A DNA stretch of 45,293 bases, from the IMG/VR virus record IMGVR_UViG_2571042653_000011. One strand, 5' to 3'. This DNA is from a virus (taxonomy: Duplodnaviria; Heunggongvirae; Uroviricota; Caudoviricetes). Of the stretch, positions 38,635-45,293 are shown one piece after another. Each line of letters starts with the position of its first letter. Positions within the stretch are counted from its first letter, which is position 1. Position numbers and translations under genes: made by a program. Below the pieces are notes generated by a model. The model had not been told where the DNA came from, ran no database searches, and saw only the letters and a program-made list of their open reading frames with translations.

Positions 38635-40983
38635 ATGGCAGCAGTAAAAATCTCAGGTGTGCTGAAAGATGGTGCGGGAAAACCAATACAGAACTGCACT
38701 ATTCAACTGAAGGCAAAGCGTAACAGCACCACGGTACTGGTGAACACGGTGGCCTCTGAAAATCCTGATGAAGCCGGGCGTTACAGCATGGATGTTGAGT
38801 ATGGCCAGTACAGCGTCACCCTGCTGGTTGAAGGTTTTCCGCCTTCACATGCCGGGACCATTACCGTCTATGAAGGCTCCAGACCAGGTACGCTGAATGA
38901 TTTTCTCGGTGCCATGACGGAAGATGATGTCATGCCGGAGGCATTGCGCCGTTTTGAGGCAATGGTGGAAGAAGCGGCACGCAACGCCGAAGCCGCCTCT
39001 CAGAGCGCAGCGGCGGCAAAGAAATCCGAAACTGCAGCGGCATCATCGAAGAACGCGGCGAAAACGTCAGAAACGAATGCAGCTAATAGTGCACAGGCGG
39101 CAGCGACCTCAAAGACTGCATCGGCAAACTCCGCGACAGCAGCCAAAAAATCAGAAACCAACGCGAAAAATAGCGAGACAGCCGCAAAGACGAGCGAAAC
39201 CAACGCAAAGTCCAGCCAGACGGCAGCGATAACCAGCGAAACGAATGCTAAAGCCAGTGAAACTGCGGCAAAAAACAGCCAGGTTGCAGCAGCCGAAAGC
39301 GAGAGCGCGGCAGCCGATTCTGCGACTTCAGCAGCTGGATCAGCAACTGCTGCGGCTAACAGTCAGAAAGCAGCGAAGACGAGTGAAACTAACGCAAAGT
39401 CCAGCCAGACGGCAGCGAAGACCAGCGAAACGAATGCCAAAGCCAGCGAAACTGCGGCGAAAAACAGTCAGGATGCGGCGGCCCAAAGCGAGAGTGCTGC
39501 AGCTGGTTCTGCAAGTGCGGCGGCTTCTTCTGCCACTGCATCAGCCAACAGTCAAAAAGCTGCAAAAACCAGTGAAACCAACGCAAAGGCGAGCGAGACT
39601 GCGGCGACTAACTCGGCAAAAGCATCCGCTGCAAGCCAGATGGCTGCAAAAGCAAGTGAAGACGCAGCGAGAGAGTATGCAAGCCAGGCAGCAGAGCCGT
39701 ATAAATATGTCTTACAGCCACTGCCTGATGTGTGGATACCGTTTAACGATTCACTGGATATGCTTGCTGGCTTTTCGCCTGGTTATAAGCAAATAACTGT
39801 AGGTGATGATGTTATTAAAATGCCATCCGATAAGGTTGTTAGCTTCAAACGCGCATCAGGTGCAACATACATTAATAAATCAGGTGTATTAACCGTTGCT
39901 GAAGTTGACGAACCGCGATTTGAACGAGAAGGTTTGCTGATTGAAGGACAGAGAACAAACTATTTCAGAAATTCAAATACACCAGAAGCATGGAATAACA
40001 CGGGTAGTGTGTCTGTTGAGTCGTTCGACAGTGATAATGGGTTTAACTATGGAAGGATAACTGTTATTAATGAAAATCCGACAGCACAAGGATATCAGGC
40101 AATTGCTGTAAACACGAATGATGCTTACACCTGCCCGGCAGGTTCTTATACGACGATATCGTGTCTGACGAAAAGTGATAATTCCCGGTGTCGTGCAAGG
40201 TTCGGAAAAATGTCTGATAATGGTGCGTTTGTTTTTCATTCAGATGCAGCTCTGGATCCTGTTACGGGAAATGTTGTTCATGGAAATAATGTGACGGTGA
40301 CGGCAGAAAGAGTCGGTGAATGGTGGTTGTTTACCGCCACTCTTTTTGCAGATGAGGAAATGATAATCAGCTCAAGATTTGAAATCCTGGCGATGCCTGG
40401 AATCAGTATTATCCCCAATGGCTCTACGTTAGATATTGCGATGCCTCAGGCGGAGATTGGGTCGTACAGGACGTCATTTATCATTACTGAAGGGGCTCCT
40501 GGCACTCGCTCCAGCGACATGGTGACAATACCTGTAAGAAACAATATTCACCGATTACCATTCAGTGCTCTTGTTGAAGTTAATAAAAACTGGGATATCC
40601 CTCCCAGCAAATCACCATTAATCTTTAATGTTAAAGATTATCAGGAAAATGGTCTGTTCACGCATGGATTCCGTGGTAATAATTTCTCTGATGCCGGTTC
40701 TCCTTTTATTTCTATGGGAGGGTGTAATAAATATGTGGCAACAACCCAGAGGAAAATCATTTCAGGCTTACGTTGTGGCGCTGATGGAGATGTTCAGGCC
40801 GTATGTAATGGTGAATTATCTGTTGCGGCAAAAACAACATGGACTTCAATTGTTCCACGGGCAGTATTGCGAATTGGAGGGCAGGGCACTAATGGGGAGT
40901 ATCATCTTTTTGGTCATATCCGTAATCTGCGTATCTGGCATAAAGAATTAACTGATGCGCAAATGGGGGAGAGTATTAAATGA
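38635..40983 (+). CDS. Side tail fibre protein (Stf-like) with repeat-rich shaft and divergent C-terminal domain
   Basis: N-terminus MAAVKISGVLKDGAGKPIQNCTIQLKAK resembles lambda Stf (recall); central Ala/Ser/Thr repeats; the C-terminal third is AT-rich by eye. Confidence 0.85.
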   Translation: MAAVKISGVLKDGAGKPIQNCTIQLKAKRNSTTVLVNTVASENPDEAGRYSMDVEYGQYSVTLLVEGFPPSHAGTITVYEGSRPGTLNDFLGAMTEDDVMPEALRRFEAMVEEAARNAEAASQSAAAAKKSETAAASSKNAAKTSETNAANSAQAAATSKTASANSATAAKKSETNAKNSETAAKTSETNAKSSQTAAITSETNAKASETAAKNSQVAAAESESAAADSATSAAGSATAAANSQKAAKTSETNAKSSQTAAKTSETNAKASETAAKNSQDAAAQSESAAAGSASAAASSATASANSQKAAKTSETNAKASETAATNSAKASAASQMAAKASEDAAREYASQAAEPYKYVLQPLPDVWIPFNDSLDMLAGFSPGYKQITVGDDVIKMPSDKVVSFKRASGATYINKSGVLTVAEVDEPRFEREGLLIEGQRTNYFRNSNTPEAWNNTGSVSVESFDSDNGFNYGRITVINENPTAQGYQAIAVNTNDAYTCPAGSYTTISCLTKSDNSRCRARFGKMSDNGAFVFHSDAALDPVTGNVVHGNNVTVTAERVGEWWLFTATLFADEEMIISSRFEILAMPGISIIPNGSTLDIAMPQAEIGSYRTSFIITEGAPGTRSSDMVTIPVRNNIHRLPFSALVEVNKNWDIPPSKSPLIFNVKDYQENGLFTHGFRGNNFSDAGSPFISMGGCNKYVATTQRKIISGLRCGADGDVQAVCNGELSVAAKTTWTSIVPRAVLRIGGQGTNGEYHLFGHIRNLRIWHKELTDAQMGESIK
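39050..39620. repeat. Tandem coding repeats inside the tail fibre gene
   Basis: A ~180-bp unit (about 39190-39365) recurs at about 39370-39545 with high identity, built from shorter ~21-bp sub-repeats encoding AAKTSETNAKSSQT-like heptads. Confidence 0.6.
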
Positions 40984-41261
40984 AAGATTTAACACTCAAA
41001 TTTGCAGACAGGGCCGACTTTTCGGCCTTTATGGAGAGTATTGGCTATTATGATGACGAGTCGATGCAGGATGATATTCTTATTGACGTGATAGGTAACG
41101 TGTACAAAGAAAGCGGAGAACTGACTGAAGATGGCGAACCGGTATGTGTTAAGGAAGACGGATATTTTGTAAACGTGCGCATCATTAATGATGCAAAAAA
41201 ATCGTCAATATTCGATAAATACGCGATTGTTGTTGAGCATCAACTTCGTGGCTGGATGTGA
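40980..41261 (+). CDS. Hypothetical protein downstream of the tail fibre (possible fibre-associated factor)
   Basis: 93 aa; acidic; ATG overlaps the tail fibre stop; no family recognised. Confidence 0.4.
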   Translation: MKDLTLKFADRADFSAFMESIGYYDDESMQDDILIDVIGNVYKESGELTEDGEPVCVKEDGYFVNVRIINDAKKSSIFDKYAIVVEHQLRGWM

Positions 41262-41270
41262 GGGAGACAA

Positions 41271-41975
41271 ATGGCTACATCGACAGTAATTCCAGGAGAC
41301 ATCACCACGTTAAAGGGAGATGTCAGTAAAGCCAAGGAAGATATTTCCTCAATTAACGGAAAAGTATCAACGCTTCAGACTGATATGACCAGTGCAAAGC
41401 AGGATATCAGCACCAGATACACAAAAACTGAAGTTGATAATAAGCTGAAAAACAAAGTGGAAGTGAACGATCTGGAAAGTGGTCGTTATGGTGGAGATTT
41501 TTACCCGCTGACTGGTCGTGAAGCGTTTTATTTGTGGGGATTGGGCACGACTACAGCGGCGGCAAACCTTTATCTTAATCCTGACCCCGCAATTTCGTCT
41601 GTACTGCGGTCCACATCGTCTATCCGCTATAAACATTCAGTAGAGACGATAGATTCGGAGCACGCCGATCTCATTTTCAAGATGCGCCCTGTGTGGTACA
41701 GGTCGCAATGCGAAAATGACAGGCGCGATTGGGGATTCTATGGATTGATTGCCGAGGAAGTAGGAGAAATTGCCCCTCAGTTTGTTCACTGGCGACCAGC
41801 TAACGAGAATGATGCTCCTGAAGCTATTTCCAGCAATGGCCTTGTTGCCGAAGGTGTAATGTACGAACGTCTGGTTGTTCCACTGATTCACCATATCCAG
41901 AAACTGACTGAAAGAGTTGATGAACTTGAGTCAGAATTAAAGTTGTTATCAACTTCCCGAAGCGATATCGGATAA
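41271..41975 (+). CDS. Tail-fibre-like protein with C-terminal intramolecular chaperone (peptidase S74-like) domain
   Basis: 234 aa; N-terminal coiled-coil; C-terminal segment WGFYGLIAEEVGEIAPQFV ... YERLVVPLIHHIQKL fits the S74 chaperone pattern (recall). Confidence 0.55.
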   Translation: MATSTVIPGDITTLKGDVSKAKEDISSINGKVSTLQTDMTSAKQDISTRYTKTEVDNKLKNKVEVNDLESGRYGGDFYPLTGREAFYLWGLGTTTAAANLYLNPDPAISSVLRSTSSIRYKHSVETIDSEHADLIFKMRPVWYRSQCENDRRDWGFYGLIAEEVGEIAPQFVHWRPANENDAPEAISSNGLVAEGVMYERLVVPLIHHIQKLTERVDELESELKLLSTSRSDIG

Positions 41976-41985
41976 AGGAGGAGTA

Positions 41986-42273
41986 ATGGATATAACACCT
42001 TTCCTTCATGCACTTTGTGCTGTGGCTGCACAGGTACTGATTGGCCTTTTTACCGGAAACTGGGCTTACGGGGCGATAGCCGGTTGTACGTTCTTCATTG
42101 CGCGTGAACACACCCAGGCAGAATATCGCTGGATTGAAATGTTCGGACATGGCAAGCGTATGAATATGCCGTGGTGGGGCGGTTTTGATCCGCGCGTGTG
42201 GGATGTAGCAAGCCTGATGGATTTTGCTGTGCCGGTGATGGCGTGTCTGCTGGTCTGGCTGTTTATCCGTTAA
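41986..42273 (+). CDS. Small membrane protein (95 aa), unknown function
   Basis: Consensus SD AAGGAGG before the ATG; predicted hydrophobic helices at both ends. Confidence 0.45.
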   Translation: MDITPFLHALCAVAAQVLIGLFTGNWAYGAIAGCTFFIAREHTQAEYRWIEMFGHGKRMNMPWWGGFDPRVWDVASLMDFAVPVMACLLVWLFIR

Positions 42274-42383
42274 ACATAAAAAGCCGCAGCAACTTGTCAT
42301 GGCAGAATACTGCGGCTGGCTGGTGAACTTCCGATAGTGCGAGTATTGAATGATTTCCAGCCGTTATCGATTTTACGTATTAA

Positions 42384-42632
42384 TTAATGAACAAACCACT
42401 CGTCAGCAGACTCCCAGGTATCTTTCAGAGTTTCCTGAACAAAAGTTTTAGCTGAATCTTTATCGGCGGTGCGCGTAACAGAAAGGCCATCGTTGCTGGT
42501 GGCTTTTACGATCACCTCTACATCGTCATAACGCTTACTGATGCGTCGAGTTAATTCTTCCTTTAACGCATCCACAGCACCGTTTGGCATTTTAGTCATT
42601 TTCTCTTTGGCTATGCAGATCTCAATACGCAT
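42384..42632 (-). CDS. dinI: DinI-like DNA damage-inducible protein
   Basis: 82 aa; resembles E. coli DinI (MRIE...IAK ... [14 protein letters not shown]) from memory; tandem LexA boxes immediately upstream. Confidence 0.8.
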   Translation of the reverse strand: MRIEICIAKEKMTKMPNGAVDALKEELTRRISKRYDDVEVIVKATSNDGLSVTRTADKDSAKTFVQETLKDTWESADEWFVH

Positions 42633-42645
42633 AAAAATCCCTCTA

Positions 42646-42693
42646 TACTGTGTTTGTATACAGTATTATTTTTAACTGTATGAATAAACAGTG
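42646..42693 (-). promoter_or_regulatory. Two tandem LexA (SOS) boxes in the dinI-like promoter
   Basis: TACTGTGTTTGTATACAGTA (42646-42665) and CTGTATGAATAAACAG (42676-42691), both CTGT-N8-ACAG; minus-strand TTGACA overlaps the integrase stop. Confidence 0.7.
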
Positions 42694-43791
42694 TCAAGAG
42701 GTCTTATTTCTGCTCCTTTGGAGTTCTTCAAAACGATTATGTAAAGATTTTGGATACAGTTCGGTATATACCTGCCATAGCACGTTTAATGAACGATGCC
42801 CTGTAACCTGGGCGACTTCCTCAATACTAAAACCAGCCTCAAATAAGCGACTTGCCCCTTCTCTACGCAAATCATGGTATCGCAGATCTTTAATACCTAA
42901 TTTGCTTCTTACCCTCTGAAATCCTGCGGTAACAGAAGTGCTGTTGTATGGAAAAATGAATTCAGATTTTTTGGGTTGTCGTTGGACGATATCCCAGGCT
43001 TCCCCAAGCAAGGCCACTTTCATATGGTTACCTTCCTTTTTACGTGGATCTTTCCTGTCTCTTACTAGTATAGATTTTTGTTCCTGGTCGAGATCTTCCC
43101 ATCGTAACCGGCATACTTCTCCGATTCGCATACAGGACCACACAGAAAATTTGAGGATATCAACGAACGGAATTTTTGAGCATTTATGAGTAGATCGTTG
43201 TTGAAGGCCTTCAATGAGCATGTCTAGTTCATCAGATGCTGGTCTACGATTACGACGATTTGATTTACCAATTAAACCAAGTTTAAGTAGATATGGACGA
43301 GCGGCTTTTGCTGGGTTTGATGTGTAATTAATTCCGTATACAGGTTTGGCTGCATCCAGAACACTGCCAAGATAACTAACATCGTGGCTAACAGTAGCTG
43401 GACCTGCACCGGCGTTGTTTCTCAACCTGCAATGTTCTATTACGTCATTTTCTGTTAATTCAGATAGTCTGATCGCAGAAATGTCACTATCCATAAGTAG
43501 TTCCAGCACATATCTTTTAGTACGGCCTGCTTTACCTCCGGCATTTGGGTCATTTAAATATTTGCGTAGTAAGTCACGGACTGTAAGCCCGTCAACAGCA
43601 TTTGATGATGGAATGCCATGTAGATCTAATTCCATCACTTTCTGTGTGCCCCATGTTTTGGCATGAGCATGTTTAGGGAATGTTTTGCTTTCCCTGTAAG
43701 TGATAACCCCTTTTTCTTTGATAATCACATTACAGCGATAGCGTGGTGTGCCATCGGATTTTAGTCGTTTCTCTATGTTATAGTACGCCAT
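42694..43791 (-). CDS. Tyrosine-type integrase (dusA-associated)
   Basis: 365 aa; C-terminal catalytic region with R...H.LR...Y pattern (HDLRREGASR ... LWQVY); adjacent and divergent to dusA. Confidence 0.9.
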   Translation of the reverse strand: MAYYNIEKRLKSDGTPRYRCNVIIKEKGVITYRESKTFPKHAHAKTWGTQKVMELDLHGIPSSNAVDGLTVRDLLRKYLNDPNAGGKAGRTKRYVLELLMDSDISAIRLSELTENDVIEHCRLRNNAGAGPATVSHDVSYLGSVLDAAKPVYGINYTSNPAKAARPYLLKLGLIGKSNRRNRRPASDELDMLIEGLQQRSTHKCSKIPFVDILKFSVWSCMRIGEVCRLRWEDLDQEQKSILVRDRKDPRKKEGNHMKVALLGEAWDIVQRQPKKSEFIFPYNSTSVTAGFQRVRSKLGIKDLRYHDLRREGASRLFEAGFSIEEVAQVTGHRSLNVLWQVYTELYPKSLHNRFEELQRSRNKTS

Positions 43792-43810
43792 TACACGACC
43801 TCGTTATTTC

Positions 43811-43846
43811 GGGTTCCCATAAAACGTGGGAACCTGTGCGGGAACC
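43811..43846. repeat. GGGAACC repeats between the integrase and dusA starts (candidate recombination/regulatory sites)
   Basis: Inverted pair GGGTTCCC (43811-43818) and GGGAACC (43827-43833), plus a direct copy GGGAACC (43840-43846). Confidence 0.4.
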
Positions 43847-43879
43847 TAACGCGAGAAAAATAGCCTGAAATGTTCAAAA

Positions 43880-44917
43880 ATGCACGATAATCATGAAACA
43901 CAAAAAATTAATCAAACCAGCGTGATGCCTGAAAAAAATGGTGTTTACTGGAATTCTCGGTTTAGCATTGCTCCTATGCTCGACTGGACGGACAGACATT
44001 GCCGCTATTTCTTGCGTCTGCTTTCCCGCAATACGTTGCTGTATACCGAAATGGTGACCACAGGGGCGATTATTCACGGTAAAGGTGATTATCTGGCGTA
44101 CAGTGAAGAAGAACATCCGGTAGCATTGCAACTGGGCGGTAGCGATCCGGCGGCGCTGGCGCAGTGTGCAAAGCTGGCAGAAGCGCGCGGATATGATGAG
44201 ATCAACCTGAATGTCGGCTGCCCGTCTGACCGGGTGCAGAACGGCATGTTTGGGGCGTGTCTGATGGGTAATGCGCAGCTGGTTGCCGACTGCGTGAAAG
44301 CGATGCGCGATGTGGTGTCGATTCCGGTGACGGTGAAAACGCGTATTGGCATCGACGACCAGGACAGCTATGAATTTCTCTGCGATTTCATCAACACCGT
44401 TTCCGGCAAAGGCGAGTGTGAGATGTTCATCATCCATGCTCGTAAAGCCTGGCTTTCGGGGTTAAGCCCGAAAGAAAACCGTGAAATCCCGCCGCTCGAT
44501 TATCCGCGTGTGTATCAACTGAAGCGTGACTTTCCGCATCTGACAATGTCGATTAACGGTGGTATCAAGTCGCTGGAAGAGGCTAAAGCGCATTTGCAAC
44601 ATATGGATGGCGTGATGGTCGGGCGCGAAGCGTATCAAAATCCGGGTATTCTGGCGGCGGTAGACCGAGAGATCTTTGGTTCCTCGGATACCGATGCCGA
44701 TCCGGTGGCGGTAGTGCGCGCCATGTATCCGTACATTGAGCGTGAACTCAGCCAGGGGACGTATCTTGGCCATATTACCCGGCATATGTTGGGCTTGTTC
44801 CAGGGTATTCCTGGCGCGCGGCAGTGGCGGCGTTATTTAAGTGAAAATGCCCATAAAGCGGGTGCAGACATTAATGTGCTGGAACACGCGCTCAAACTGG
44901 TGGCGGATAAGCGTTAA
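43880..44917 (+). CDS. dusA: tRNA-dihydrouridine synthase A
   Basis: 345 aa; flavin-dependent Dus TIM-barrel features with catalytic Cys (NLNVGCPS); the first ~30 codons are likely supplied by the prophage end. Confidence 0.9.
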   Translation: MHDNHETQKINQTSVMPEKNGVYWNSRFSIAPMLDWTDRHCRYFLRLLSRNTLLYTEMVTTGAIIHGKGDYLAYSEEEHPVALQLGGSDPAALAQCAKLAEARGYDEINLNVGCPSDRVQNGMFGACLMGNAQLVADCVKAMRDVVSIPVTVKTRIGIDDQDSYEFLCDFINTVSGKGECEMFIIHARKAWLSGLSPKENREIPPLDYPRVYQLKRDFPHLTMSINGGIKSLEEAKAHLQHMDGVMVGREAYQNPGILAAVDREIFGSSDTDADPVAVVRAMYPYIERELSQGTYLGHITRHMLGLFQGIPGARQWRRYLSENAHKAGADINVLEHALKLVADKR

Positions 44918-44999
44918 CTTTTCACCAAAAAGTAGTCAAATTCACCACGCCCTGCGCACCGTCGCGGGGCGTTTTGCTGTTAAATCAATAGATTATTTT

Positions 45000-45014
45000 T
45001 GGCATGATTCTTGT
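45000..45014 (+). promoter_or_regulatory. Sigma-54-type promoter candidate upstream of pspG
   Basis: TGGCAT-N5-TTGT resembles the -24/-12 consensus TGGCAC-N5-TTGC, about 37 nt upstream of the pspG ATG; the -12 element is imperfect. Confidence 0.35.
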
Positions 45015-45050
45015 AATGCCTGCAAGAGATTTCATATTTGGGAGAGCATC

Positions 45051-45293
45051 ATGCTGGAACTACTTTTTGTGATTGGCTTTTTTGTCATGCTGATGGTCAC
45101 CGGCGTTTCGTTGCTGGGCATTATCGCCGCGCTGGTTGTGGCGACGGCCATTATGTTCCTCGGCGGTATGCTGGCATTGATGATTAAGTTGCTGCCGTGG
45201 TTACTACTGGCGGTTGCGGTGGTGTGGGTTATTAAGGCGATTAAAGCACCAAAAGTGCCGAAATATCAGCGTTATGACCGCTGGCGTTACTAA
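45051..45293 (+). CDS. pspG: Phage shock protein G
   Basis: 80-aa small membrane protein (MLELLFVIGFFVMLMV ... KYQRYDRWRY), recognised from memory; ends at the window edge with a stop codon. Confidence 0.85.
   Translation: MLELLFVIGFFVMLMVTGVSLLGIIAALVVATAIMFLGGMLALMIKLLPWLLLAVAVVWVIKAIKAPKVPKYQRYDRWRY

Larger units (their letters stand above)
1..43950. mobile_element. Lambdoid prophage, partial (left end beyond window), right end at the 5' end of dusA
   Basis: Contiguous phage modules: cI/cro immunity, replication, Q, lysis, cos/terminase, head, lambda-like tail genes, lom, tail fibre, integrase abutting dusA. Right boundary is approximate; attL not in window. Confidence 0.85.

Noticed and set aside
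38924-39796. Two plus-strand ORFs (102 and 183 aa) in alternative frames of the tail fibre
   Set aside because: They arise from the repetitive shaft-coding region read out of frame (Arg/Gln/Lys-rich low complexity); the fibre frame is continuous and homologous to Stf.
43880-43990. Treating the whole dusA ORF as purely chromosomal
   Set aside because: The 5' ~100 bp is more AT-rich than the rest and directly abuts the integrase region, so the N-terminal codons are more likely element-derived; the exact junction cannot be fixed without a reference allele.
1-45293. CRISPR arrays, insertion sequences, transposases
   Set aside because: No regularly spaced direct repeats with unique spacers and no transposase-like ORF or terminal inverted repeat pair were seen; the only tandem repeats are coding repeats in the tail fibre and the ori iterons.

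Overview
The window reads as most of a ~44 kb lambdoid (lambda-like) prophage inserted at the 5' end of the chromosomal dusA gene, followed by host dusA and pspG; the host looks like E. coli or a close relative. All calls come from reading the sequence and the ORF track by eye, with no database searches run, so family names and gene symbols are recalled resemblances, not verified hits. Layout, left to right: a low-GC accessory module (Panacea/DUF4065-like protein plus a coupled unknown partner, then a small ORF and a terminator); a leftward early operon (excisionase-like, exonuclease, DUF551, Ea22-like, PAPS-reductase-like, HD-domain YfdR-like, YfdQ-like, YfdP-like); an immunity region with divergent cI-like repressor and Cro-like genes and repeated ATGTAGG operator half-sites; a rightward early operon (CII-like, replication protein with internal iterons, Dam-like methyltransferase, RusA, KilA-N, DUF968, Q-like antiterminator); a late region with an orphan DNA methyltransferase, a lysis cassette (pinholin, SAR endolysin, Rz/Rz1) interrupted by two unknown genes, a cos-like site, terminase, portal, fused protease-capsid, and a lambda-like tail set (Z, U, V, G/GT, H, M, L, K, I, J), Lom, a repeat-containing side tail fiber, a DinI-like gene behind tandem LexA boxes, and the integrase. 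The best candidates for an undescribed system are the Panacea-like pair at 1-989 and the two-gene insertion inside the lysis cassette at 16377-17136; a structured boxA-plus-hairpin leader with no N-like gene and a ~1.2 kb gene-poor gap holding a small hydrophobic ORF are also worth a look. No tRNA, CRISPR array or transposase was seen.
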